Below are positions 8,976 to 20,271 of a DNA stretch of 64,000 nt, piece after piece. The position numbers were made by a program, and so were the translations under genes. Location of the stretch: positions 192,001 through 256,000 of the forward strand of contig OZ244653.1 in NCBI GenBank assembly GCA_965218795.1, in the 5' to 3' direction. The stretch is from a bacterium (GTDB taxonomy: Bacteria > UBA8248 > JACPRG01 > G963555815). Position 1 is the first letter of the stretch, and each line of letters begins with the position of its first letter. The notes beneath the pieces are model-generated. The model was not told the DNA's origin, searched no databases, and worked only from the letters and a program-made list of their open reading frames with translations.

Positions 8976-9275
8976 ATGGTTCGGACACTGCAAAAGAACA
9001 TCCGGGTCACGCCCGGGCAATGGGATCGGATCGAAAAGGAGGCGGAGGAGCGAGGGATCTCGGCGAACCGGCTCGTGGTCGAGCTTGCGATGGAGGCCCT
9101 CGACCACAGGGAGTGGCCCCGCACGGAGCGCGAGATCCAGCTCCTGCGGTCGGCGATGTTCGCGGCCCAGGCCATTGTGCGGGACATGGAGAGGGCCGGA
9201 CGAGAGGAGGAGGTCGAGGAAATCAGCAGGAATATCTCCGCTGTCGTGCCGGAATTGCCGGGCAAATCGTCGTAA
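8976..9275 (+). CDS. Ribbon-helix-helix-like protein, possible relaxosome accessory factor
   Basis: MVRTLQKNIRVTPGQWDRIEKEAEERGISANRLVVELAMEAL fits the strand-helix-G-x-S-helix RHH pattern. Confidence 0.6.
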   Translation: MVRTLQKNIRVTPGQWDRIEKEAEERGISANRLVVELAMEALDHREWPRTEREIQLLRSAMFAAQAIVRDMERAGREEEVEEISRNISAVVPELPGKSS

Positions 9276-9497
9276 TCGTCTCAGTTTCGGATCAGATCGG
9301 AACCCGTCGTGAACCACAAGTAAATGTTGCTGCCATTTCGCGGCCAATGATCTGCGTAACCAGTGGACCCTTTACGCGAATCCAACCCGCCACTAAAATC
9401 GCGGGCAATGTAGGCATGAAAGAGTTACCACATAGCGCCTACGCTTCACGATGATTGTCCGATTGGCTCAGGAACTGGCTCAAAAGATGAACTCGGC

Positions 9498-10250
9498 ATG
9501 AAGGAACGAACAGCCGTCAGCGTTTTAGATACTGGCGAAGGACCGCTTGCCCCGTCCAAGGCAGTCATGGTGGTAGCCAACAAAGAGCAATCACTACGGC
9601 CTCGTGCCAAGTCGCGAAAATTACAAAGCCAGCTTGCCGATTGTGTTTCTCTTCCCGACCGTGTTCTTTTTCTCGATATCGAGACGACCGGTCTGAGCCA
9701 CTATCATGACGAGATCACCGTCATAGGATGGTCTTTCGGAGGTTGCGCAAAGACGATCGTCAAAGGGCAGGACCCTGGCCTATTGCGTGATGATGCCACT
9801 CGCGCGAAGGCTCTGGTGACTTTCAACGGGATTCGTTTCGACACCAAGTTCATCACGCGGGAATTTCCGGAGATCATTCTTCCGGAATCGCATGTTGACC
9901 TCAGGTATCTTTGCCGCCGGGTTGGTTTGACGGGCGGGCAGAAGTCAATCGAGAACGAACTGGGCATAGGTTTTCGCGATGATTCCACCAACATGGACGG
10001 TGCTGCGGCAGTCATGTTGTGGCATCGGTACCTTCGCGGTGACCCCGATGCGTTGCGAAAACTCATCCACTACAACCGGGTCGACATCGCGGCCATGGGG
10101 ACAATCCTTGACGAGGCCGTCACTCGTCTTAGAACGCAGTTGGATATCCTCATTGAAAACGTGTGTTTTCAAGACTGGTCGGCGCCGCGAGGCTGGCGGA
10201 CATTGCCCAAGGTCTCGTTGCCACCTCGCGAACTGACGGAGCGACGCTAA
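9498..10250 (+). CDS. RNase H-like (RNase_H_2/YprB-type DEDD) exonuclease, possibly C-terminally truncated
   Basis: LFLDIETTGL, LVTFNGIRFD, HVDLRY, GGQKSIE..LG, LIHYNRVD. Confidence 0.8.
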   Translation: MKERTAVSVLDTGEGPLAPSKAVMVVANKEQSLRPRAKSRKLQSQLADCVSLPDRVLFLDIETTGLSHYHDEITVIGWSFGGCAKTIVKGQDPGLLRDDATRAKALVTFNGIRFDTKFITREFPEIILPESHVDLRYLCRRVGLTGGQKSIENELGIGFRDDSTNMDGAAAVMLWHRYLRGDPDALRKLIHYNRVDIAAMGTILDEAVTRLRTQLDILIENVCFQDWSAPRGWRTLPKVSLPPRELTERR

Positions 10251-10334
10251 GAGCATTCTCCGACCTGTTCGGTGCCGTTTCTTTCTCAAGCTTCGTATCG
10301 TCGGAATCGATCTCACGGGCTCCGAGGAGCGAGC

Positions 10335-10577
10335 CAGCGGAAAGCTTTAATGGAAGGTTAAGAGATGAATCCCTGAAGGAGGACTGGTTCGTTAACCTGT
10401 CCCATACAACTCTTCCAGACCACATTCGCGCCCTCGGCTATCAAACGCCGGCGATCTGGCCGGGCAACACGGGCAGCTTCGCTCAAGCTACGTACGGGCT
10501 CCGCTCAGCTGTCCTTGAGCCTATGATCGAAACCGAAAACTCTCAAACAACATGGCCCTAAAGACGGGGAAATGCTA
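10335..10577 (+). mobile_element. IS3-family remnant (3' end of transposase plus right end)
   Basis: ESFNGRLRDESLKEDWF...ALGYQTPA followed by TGGCCCTAAAGACGGGG-like terminal sequence. Confidence 0.7.
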
Positions 10578-10594
10578 ACCGACGGGGAGAGCGG

Positions 10595-13126
10595 GTGGAC
10601 TCCATTTTCGATTGGCCAGGCAAGTCCGACAACAATGACAACGAGCGCCCGGCAGTCCTGCACATGATGGATGTGGCGGCGTGCGCTGAACGACTAATCG
10701 ACGGGCACACGGCGTTCGGCGGACTCTCCGTGGCTCAGCGCCGCGCGCTGGTGATCCTGGTTGCACTCCACGATGTCGGCAAGTTGTCCGAGAGTTTCCG
10801 GGCCCTTATCCGCGCCGGCGAGAGGGGAGCACCGCCGCATTGGCAGCTCTCCGACTTTCTGTTGTGTGGGACCTTGGACGAGGTGCTGAGCAGACTCGGT
10901 GCCGATGAATGGGTGCGCACACAATTATACGCTGCCGTGGCCGGGCATCACGGACAGCCGCCGACGCGGGCAAGTGGTAATCGAACCGAGAGACGCAAGC
11001 GGCAGCATGCCGTCGGTAGCGGCAAAGAGGCGGCGCGAGAGTGGGCACTCCGACTGATGGAGGTGTTCCCGGACGCGTCGCTGGAAGGCATTACGTTCGA
11101 CGACGCCAAGGCGCTCAGCTGGGCGTTGAGCGGCCTCACTGTTGCCGCGGACTGGGTGGGCTCGAATACCGACTGGTTCCCGGTTGAGCCGGGCCTTCAC
11201 GATATTGAGGCAGCGCTTGCAGAATCGCGACGCCGCGCCGGTCGAGCGATTGAGTCAGCGGGTCTTGATCCGCCCTGTCCTGCACCGGTCGATGGCGACG
11301 CGCTCATCGGAGTGACCGAATTGCGACCGATGCAGCAGGCGGCATTAACGATTGGGCTGGAGGAAGGACCTCAACTGGCTGTTCTCGAAGACGCGACCGG
11401 CACCGGAAAGACCGAGGCAGCTCTCATCCTGGCCCATCGCATGATAGCGGCGGGCAAGGCGCGAGGGTTGTTTTTTGCGCTCCCCACCATGGCTACATCC
11501 AATGCTATGTTCGAGCGCATGAAAAAGATCGCGCCGGAATTGTTCAAGACTTGGCCGTCGATGGTGCTGACGCACAGCCGGGCGAAGCTAAGCGAAACTG
11601 TTCGGGGTTTGCGCGGAGCAAAGGCCGATGAAACCCCGGAGGCCGATGGCGCCGCTTGGCTTACGGACAACCGCCGACGATCGTTGCTGGCTACAGTGGG
11701 GGTTGGGACGGTCGATCAGGCGTTACTCGGCATCCTCCCCACCCGCTTCTCGACGCTCAGGCTGTTCGGCTTGGCGGACAAGGTGCTAATCGTCGACGAG
11801 GCCCACAGTTACGACCCCTATATGCAAGAGCAGTTGGAGACGTTGTTGAGAATGCAGGCCCAACTCGGCGGTTCGGCCATCCTGATGACTGCGACCCTGC
11901 CGTTGGAGATGCGCCGGGCGTACGTCAAAGCGTTCCGGGAGGGGATCGCGGCGAGAGCGGCAGACCTCTCGGCTATGTACTATCCCGGACTGCATCTTGT
12001 CGGTCGCGGGTTGTGCACCCAAGTCGTTGAGCCCCTGGCCGAGAGTGTTCGTACTGTCTCGGTCGTTCGGCTTCCGAGAGCGGATGATGCAATGGACCTG
12101 CTGAAGGAGGCGGCGGGAAGGGATGCGGCGTGCGTATGGGTGCGGAACGCCGTCGATGACGCCATCGAGACGGCCGAGGCATTGAGGCGGCGGGGAGTGA
12201 ATGTGGACCTGCTCCATGCCCGTTTCGCCATGGTCGACCGACTACGCCATGAACAGGCGCTGCTGGGCCGGTTTGGGAAGAATGGGTTAGGACGCGAGGG
12301 CCGGGTTCTGGTGGCGACGCAGGTGGTTGAGGCGTCGCTCGACCTCGACTTCGACGTTATGGTCTCAGATCTCGCGCCGATCGGCTCGCTGATCCAGAGA
12401 GCAGGCAGGCTTTGGCGACATATGGATGTGCGTCGCGAGGCCGTTCGTCCGTTCCCCGGCCCTATCTTGCACGTAATTTCGCCGGACCCGGAGAAGGTGG
12501 AAGGAGACGGCTGGCTTCACGACGTGCTCGATCGGGGGGCGTGGGTGTATCGACTCGACCACCAGTGGCGGACAGCGAAGGCGATGTTCGAGGCGGGCGA
12601 GATCGTCGCGCCGGACGGACTTCGCGTCTTGATTGAGACTGTACACGGCGAGGGGGAGTTACAGGTCCCCAAGTTACTCGAGGAGGCGCAGCAAAGGGCC
12701 GATGGCCAGGCAATGGCCGAGGCGGGATTGGCGCAGGTCAACGTGGTGGAAGGAGCGGCCGGTTATCTCACCGGAACCCGTGGCTCGGTCGGCAATGACG
12801 CGCTGTTTCCGACGCGCCTCGGGGAGCCGCAAGTGACGATGGTGCTGGCGCGACGCGACGGCGACCGCTTGCTTCCATGGGCTGAAGATGATGATCCGGC
12901 AGTGGCTTGGGCCTTGTCGGAGGTATCTGCCGCCCGTAAGCGATTCGAGCGCCTATTGCCGGATCAGGAAACGCCGGAAATCCGTGATGTCAAGGAAAAT
13001 TGGCCCGAATGGCGGCGTGAGGCCTACCATGTCTGCCCAGTCGACAAGGCTGGAGCGATTGGCGAAAGGATGCTATATGATTCCGAGCGAGGCCTCCATC
13101 TGTGCGCATTCCGTGACCCGTCTTGA
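10595..13126 (+). CDS. cas3: CRISPR-associated helicase/nuclease Cas3 (HD + SF2)
   Basis: WPGKS, HMMDVA, LHDVGK, GHHG, ADWVGS, ATGTGKTE, DEAH, LMTATL, LLHARF, ATQVVEASLDLDFD, QRAGRLWRH. Confidence 0.97.
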   Translation: MDSIFDWPGKSDNNDNERPAVLHMMDVAACAERLIDGHTAFGGLSVAQRRALVILVALHDVGKLSESFRALIRAGERGAPPHWQLSDFLLCGTLDEVLSRLGADEWVRTQLYAAVAGHHGQPPTRASGNRTERRKRQHAVGSGKEAAREWALRLMEVFPDASLEGITFDDAKALSWALSGLTVAADWVGSNTDWFPVEPGLHDIEAALAESRRRAGRAIESAGLDPPCPAPVDGDALIGVTELRPMQQAALTIGLEEGPQLAVLEDATGTGKTEAALILAHRMIAAGKARGLFFALPTMATSNAMFERMKKIAPELFKTWPSMVLTHSRAKLSETVRGLRGAKADETPEADGAAWLTDNRRRSLLATVGVGTVDQALLGILPTRFSTLRLFGLADKVLIVDEAHSYDPYMQEQLETLLRMQAQLGGSAILMTATLPLEMRRAYVKAFREGIAARAADLSAMYYPGLHLVGRGLCTQVVEPLAESVRTVSVVRLPRADDAMDLLKEAAGRDAACVWVRNAVDDAIETAEALRRRGVNVDLLHARFAMVDRLRHEQALLGRFGKNGLGREGRVLVATQVVEASLDLDFDVMVSDLAPIGSLIQRAGRLWRHMDVRREAVRPFPGPILHVISPDPEKVEGDGWLHDVLDRGAWVYRLDHQWRTAKAMFEAGEIVAPDGLRVLIETVHGEGELQVPKLLEEAQQRADGQAMAEAGLAQVNVVEGAAGYLTGTRGSVGNDALFPTRLGEPQVTMVLARRDGDRLLPWAEDDDPAVAWALSEVSAARKRFERLLPDQETPEIRDVKENWPEWRREAYHVCPVDKAGAIGERMLYDSERGLHLCAFRDPS

Positions 13127-13210
13127 CGAAGCTGTTCCGCTTTTTCGTGACTTGGGACGTTGAGAATGAACCTTTAGTACTCTTCTGGCTGTCGTGCCCG
13201 GAGCCCCCGG

Positions 13211-14719
13211 ATGTCGTTGAACCTCATTACGGATTCATGGATTCCAGCCCTGCGGGGAGGGGACCGCGTCACCATCCGCCCTGATCAGATTGCCGAGTCC
13301 GGCGTCACCACTCTTGTCTGGCAGCGGGCGGATTTCAACCTCGCCTGTCTTGAACTCCTGATCGGGTTGATCTCGATGGCCGATCCGCCGAAGGACGAGG
13401 CCGACTGGTTCTCACGCCTCAACCAACCCGACGCCAAGCGACTCCGCGAGGCGCTGGCGCCGTTTGCGCCCTGCTTTGCACTCGCGGGGGACGGACCGCG
13501 CTTTCTTCAGGATCTGGAAGCCTTCGAGCAGGCGGCCAAACCTTCTGACATCAAGTTAGTGGACATGCTGTTCATCGATTCCGCCGGCGACTCGACCGCG
13601 TTAAAGAACGCCGATCTGATGGTCAGGCGTCACCGATTTGACACTCTCTCGCCCGCAGAGGCCGCAATGGCGCTCTACACGCTTCAGGCGTTCGCTCCAT
13701 CCGGCGGAGCGGGCAACCGGACTTCGATGCGCGGCGGCGGGCCGATGACGACGCTTGTCCAGCCCCTGGATGAGGAAGGCGGGCGCTTCACGTTGTGGCG
13801 GCTGGTCTTCGCTAACGTCCTTCCCAGAGCGCCACTCGCGGTGGAGGATGTGAAAGCCGCGCTGCCCTGGCTACGTCCGACGCGGACTTCGGAGAAAGAC
13901 CAGATCGTGACTCAGGAAGACGCGCACCCGCTGGAGGCGTTCTTCGGCATGCCCCGGCGGTTGAGGTTCGTATTCAGCAAGGAGGACCGGGTCGTGGGCG
14001 TGGTCCAAAGGCCCTACGGGACGAACTACGCGGCGTGGGAGCACCCCCTGACGCCATACTATCGCCAGAAGGAAGACGCCGCTGAATGGCTGCCGGCCCA
14101 CCCCAAGGCCGGACGTCTCAGCTACCGAAACTGGTTGGGGGTTACAATGGAACCCGGCCAGGAAGGAAAAGGGACTCGACGCACCGCTAGAACCGTCCGC
14201 GAGTGCCGCAACCGTTCCCGAACGCCGGACTTCGAGCTCATGGTCGGCGGTTGGACGATGGACAACATGAAACCCGTCAGTTTTTCGCTCGACAAGTACC
14301 CCGCTTTTCCGGGTCTGGGCCAGGACGGCGAGGACCGGGTTCGCCGATTCGTGGAGGCCGCGAACGCCGCTTCACGTGCCCTTCTCAAGCAGATCAAGGC
14401 CGCCTGTCGGCTTGCGGGTACGTCCTCCGATATGGTGGCCGATTCCTTCTTCGCCGAGACCGAGGAGGAATTCATGAGAACGGTTCGACGAATCATCGAT
14501 GGCACAGGGCCTGAAGTCGAGGAAGCATGGCATCGAACCCTCAAAGGTCGGACGCTTTGTATGTTTGACGAGCACGTCCTCGGCGGCCTCACCGACCGTA
14601 ACATCGCGGGGATCGAAAGTCGGATCATCGCCCGGCGCAACTTGCTCGCTACGCTGGTGAGGCAGGTTCGCAAGGAGATGGACCTGCCCCTACCCGGCAA
14701 GAAGGAGAAACAGGCATGA
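13211..14719 (+). CDS. casA: Type I-E Cascade large subunit Cas8e/Cse1
   Basis: NLITDSWIP, PRFLQD, LYTLQAFAPSGGAGNRTSMRGGGPMTTLV, FFGMPRRLR, WEHPLTPY. Confidence 0.95.
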   Translation: MSLNLITDSWIPALRGGDRVTIRPDQIAESGVTTLVWQRADFNLACLELLIGLISMADPPKDEADWFSRLNQPDAKRLREALAPFAPCFALAGDGPRFLQDLEAFEQAAKPSDIKLVDMLFIDSAGDSTALKNADLMVRRHRFDTLSPAEAAMALYTLQAFAPSGGAGNRTSMRGGGPMTTLVQPLDEEGGRFTLWRLVFANVLPRAPLAVEDVKAALPWLRPTRTSEKDQIVTQEDAHPLEAFFGMPRRLRFVFSKEDRVVGVVQRPYGTNYAAWEHPLTPYYRQKEDAAEWLPAHPKAGRLSYRNWLGVTMEPGQEGKGTRRTARTVRECRNRSRTPDFELMVGGWTMDNMKPVSFSLDKYPAFPGLGQDGEDRVRRFVEAANAASRALLKQIKAACRLAGTSSDMVADSFFAETEEEFMRTVRRIIDGTGPEVEEAWHRTLKGRTLCMFDEHVLGGLTDRNIAGIESRIIARRNLLATLVRQVRKEMDLPLPGKKEKQA

Positions 14720-15228
14720 CTGTCGGTGGTGTGGTCATCGAATGGTGGCAGTTTTCGCTGCGTCAAGATGACGGTGGAGCGCGGGCCGCACGCGCCCGGC
14801 TGAGGCGTTGTGATTCGCCTGCTGAGGCGCTTGCGGTTTCCGAGACGCACGACCTCAACAGGCGGCTGAAGATGATCGGGAAAACCCCGACGCCCGATCA
14901 GCTGGCACTCCTCACCACGACTTTTGCCGGGCTCAGAGGCATTGACGGCGATAAGCTCGCGGCCCTGTTCGGGAAAAAGGAAAACAGGGATAGTCCGCCT
15001 ACGCTTAGCGAGCTGCGGTTCCAATCGTTGATTCGCATTCGCTCGCGCCGCGATTTGATGGCGCCGCTTCGTCGTTCCCTCGCGGTCCTTGGAGCCAACC
15101 CCGCCTGCGACGGACGAGCGTTGGCCGAAGATCTCTACTTCTGGAACGACGGGGTCCGCAATCGGTGGTGTTTTCAATACTTCGGCGCCGAGTTCGCCGT
15201 AACCAACCAAGAGGAGAGTGTTCAATAA
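14716..15228 (+). CDS. casB: Type I-E Cascade small subunit Cas11/Cse2
   Basis: ARAARARLRR, LSELRFQSL, RWCFQYF; position in operon. Confidence 0.92.
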   Translation: MTVGGVVIEWWQFSLRQDDGGARAARARLRRCDSPAEALAVSETHDLNRRLKMIGKTPTPDQLALLTTTFAGLRGIDGDKLAALFGKKENRDSPPTLSELRFQSLIRIRSRRDLMAPLRRSLAVLGANPACDGRALAEDLYFWNDGVRNRWCFQYFGAEFAVTNQEESVQ

Positions 15229-16304
15229 TGCGCTTCGTGCAACTTCACTTCCTGACCGTCTATCCGCCCTCAAACCCCAACCGAGACGACATGGGCCGCC
15301 CGAAGACGGCGGTCTACGGGGGCGTTCATCGGCTTCGGCTGTCGTCGCAGTCATTGAAACGAGCGGCCCGCCTGTCGCCTGCCATGTCCGACGCCTTGAA
15401 GGGCAACATGGGCGAGCGCACCCAACGTCTTGGCGACGAGGTGATGAAGCATCTGCGCGAACGGGGCGCGGACGACGGGAAAGCTCGCGAAATCGCCAAA
15501 CAGGTGGCCGAGGTCTTCGGCAAGTTCGACACCGAGGCGGAAAAGAAAAACCCGGACCATATCCGTATCAGACAGTTGGCGTTCATTTCGCCCGATGAAC
15601 GTCAGGCAGCGATGGAGATGGCGGAGCGGGCCCTGGCCGGCGAATCCCTCGACAAGGAAACCGGGAACTGTAGCAAGGAAATCCTGCGTGCCGCCGACGG
15701 AGCGGTTGACCTCGCCATGTTCGGGCGCATGCTGGCCGATGCGCCGGATTTCAACCGAGAGGCTGCGGTGCAGGTTTCGCACGCCATCACGACGCACCAA
15801 GCTGAGGTGGAAGACGACTATTACACCGCCGCCGATGACCTGAAGAAACCGGCCGAGGACATGGGTGCGGGATTCGTCGGTGAGGCTGGGTTCGGGTCCG
15901 GCGTATATTACCTCTATGTCTGCGTTGATACCGTCCAGCTCGTGGAAAACCTCGCAGGTGATCGTGTGCTGGCACGAAAAGCACTGGAGGCGGTGACCGA
16001 AGCATTCGCCACCTCCAGTCCGTCCGGCAAGCGTAACAGCTACAGCCACCACACCCGCGCATCGTACATTCGTGCCGAGGCCGGAGACCAGCAACCGCGA
16101 AGTCTGGCGGCGGCGTTCTTAAACCCTGTCAAGGCGGATGACCTTCTCGGCGAATCCATCAACCGGCTCAAGAAGACGGTGGACGCTATTGACAAGGCGT
16201 ACGGCGCCTCGACCCACGAATCGGCGGAGATGGATCTGGCCAGCGGTTCCGGCGCCTTGGCCGAGATCAAGGCCTTTGTAGGCAGGCAGGTGGGCGATGC
16301 GTGA
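15228..16304 (+). CDS. cas7e: Type I-E Cas7/Cse4
   Basis: FVQLHFLTVYPPSNPNRDDMGRPKTAVYGG..RLRLSSQSLKRA, DLAMFGRMLA, AAVQVSHAITTH, DYYTAADD. Confidence 0.97.
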   Translation: MRFVQLHFLTVYPPSNPNRDDMGRPKTAVYGGVHRLRLSSQSLKRAARLSPAMSDALKGNMGERTQRLGDEVMKHLRERGADDGKAREIAKQVAEVFGKFDTEAEKKNPDHIRIRQLAFISPDERQAAMEMAERALAGESLDKETGNCSKEILRAADGAVDLAMFGRMLADAPDFNREAAVQVSHAITTHQAEVEDDYYTAADDLKKPAEDMGAGFVGEAGFGSGVYYLYVCVDTVQLVENLAGDRVLARKALEAVTEAFATSSPSGKRNSYSHHTRASYIRAEAGDQQPRSLAAAFLNPVKADDLLGESINRLKKTVDAIDKAYGASTHESAEMDLASGSGALAEIKAFVGRQVGDA

Positions 16305-17031
16305 GCATTTGGTGTTCCTCCTATCCGGGCCCATGGCTTCGTTCGGCGGCTATGCCGGGCATGAACGTCGAGGGAGCGGGGTGGTCCCCATGCGTTCGGC
16401 GGTACTGGGGCTGTTGGGCGCGGCGCTCGGCATCAACCGGGCGGACGCCGAAGGTCAGGCGGCCCTTCGCGCGTATTCGGTGGCCGTGCAGCCGTTTCAA
16501 GAATCGGCACCGTTTAGGGATTACCACACGGTGCAAACGGTACCGACGGCTGGGGCCAAACGACCGCCAACCCGAAAACATGCACTAGCGCGCGTCGGAC
16601 GCGAGATCAATACGGTCATCACCATTCGCGATTACCGATGCGACGTTCTGATCGGGGTTGCACTTTGGGGCAATGGCCAGTGGACACTTGGCGATCTTTC
16701 CCTTCGCCTACGACGACCCGTGTTTCCCCTCTATCTCGGTCGTAAGTCATGCCCGTTGGCGAGCCCTCTCAACCCTGATGTGGTAATGGCGGCGGGGCCG
16801 GTCGAGGCGCTGGCTCGCATTGAAATCCCGGAGTGGCTGCGCCCCGAAAGGTGGTCCGAACAAGGGCGCGGGCGACACCCCGTCTACTCCGATCCGGTGG
16901 ACGGCCTTGACCCCCCGCCGTCGATAGAACAGGTCCCGGGCGAGCCGCTCGATCGTCAAGTCTGGACCTTCGGCGAGCGGAGCGTCTGGCACATGGGAGA
17001 CCACCGAAGCGGACCGAGGGGCGAGGCATGA
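16297..17031 (+). CDS. cas5e: Type I-E Cas5
   Basis: LSGPMASFG..R..PMRSAVLGLLGAALG, DYHTVQ, LYLGRKSCP. Confidence 0.95.
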   Translation: MREHLVFLLSGPMASFGGYAGHERRGSGVVPMRSAVLGLLGAALGINRADAEGQAALRAYSVAVQPFQESAPFRDYHTVQTVPTAGAKRPPTRKHALARVGREINTVITIRDYRCDVLIGVALWGNGQWTLGDLSLRLRRPVFPLYLGRKSCPLASPLNPDVVMAAGPVEALARIEIPEWLRPERWSEQGRGRHPVYSDPVDGLDPPPSIEQVPGEPLDRQVWTFGERSVWHMGDHRSGPRGEA

Positions 17032-17753
17032 CGCATTACCTGACCCGCGCTGTACTCAATCGAAAAGCGCCGGAACACGCGCTCAGGTCTTTGTTCGACC
17101 CACTGGACGCGGACGCGGCGTTCGATGCCCATCACCGGTTGATGTGGACGTTGTTCCCGGATCCCGATGCGAAGCGCGACTTCCTGTGGCGCGCTGACGA
17201 CAATGGCAAGTTCTTGATCCTCTCTGCCCGTGAACCGCAGGGCTCGCGCCTGTTCGAACCGCTTGAGTCCAAGCCCTTCGAACCGATGATGGCGGCGGGA
17301 GACCGGCTCGTGTTCATCTTGCGAGCCAACGCCACCAAGGACCGACGGTCCGGGCTGCAAGACGACGTCCCCCCAGGCACCAAGCGCAGGCCACGCAAGG
17401 ATCGCCGTGTCGATATAGTGATGCATGCGATGCGGGAACAGGGAATCAAAAGCGGGACCATCGGCGCCGATTCCCGCGTCTCCCGGCGCATGGATGTGGC
17501 CAGGGAGGCAGCGCAGGCGTGGCTCGCCGCTCAGGGTGAGCGCCGGGGTTTTTCGGTCGACGCGCTGGCGATCGAGGACTACCGAGTCTGCAAATTAAAG
17601 CGCCGGGGTGGCAAGGAGGCAACCTTCGGCGTGATTGATCTCAGGGGCCTGTTGTCCGTTCGAGACCCGAAGGCCTTCACCAGTGCGTTATTCACGGGTT
17701 TTGGCCGCTCCAAGGCCTACGGTTGCGGCCTGATGTTAGTGCGCCGCACCTGA
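17028..17753 (+). CDS. cas6e: Type I-E Cas6/Cse3 crRNA endonuclease
   Basis: AHHRLMWTLF, FLWR, FILRANAT, C-terminal GFGRSKAYGCGLM glycine loop. Confidence 0.96.
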   Translation: MTHYLTRAVLNRKAPEHALRSLFDPLDADAAFDAHHRLMWTLFPDPDAKRDFLWRADDNGKFLILSAREPQGSRLFEPLESKPFEPMMAAGDRLVFILRANATKDRRSGLQDDVPPGTKRRPRKDRRVDIVMHAMREQGIKSGTIGADSRVSRRMDVAREAAQAWLAAQGERRGFSVDALAIEDYRVCKLKRRGGKEATFGVIDLRGLLSVRDPKAFTSALFTGFGRSKAYGCGLMLVRRT

Positions 17754-17768
17754 ATCGTCGTCATATCG

Positions 17769-20115
<2,347 letters not shown>

Positions 20116-20159
20116 TCGCCTTTGAGCCCCGGGAATCTAGGGAGGAAACGACCGAGTAA

Positions 20160-20271
20160 GGAATGAGGAACCGCTAAAAGCCATGACCGAAGCTTTGAAC
20201 AAAGCTCGGAAAAAATCGGTAACCCAGGGCGATGCCGAATATGGCTTTTGAATCAATAGGTTCCAGGAAGT
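20160..20271 (+). promoter_or_regulatory. CRISPR leader
   Basis: A/T-richer non-coding tract (AAAAAATCGGTAA...TTTTGAATCAATAGGTT) between the native cas2 stop and repeat 1. Confidence 0.75.
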
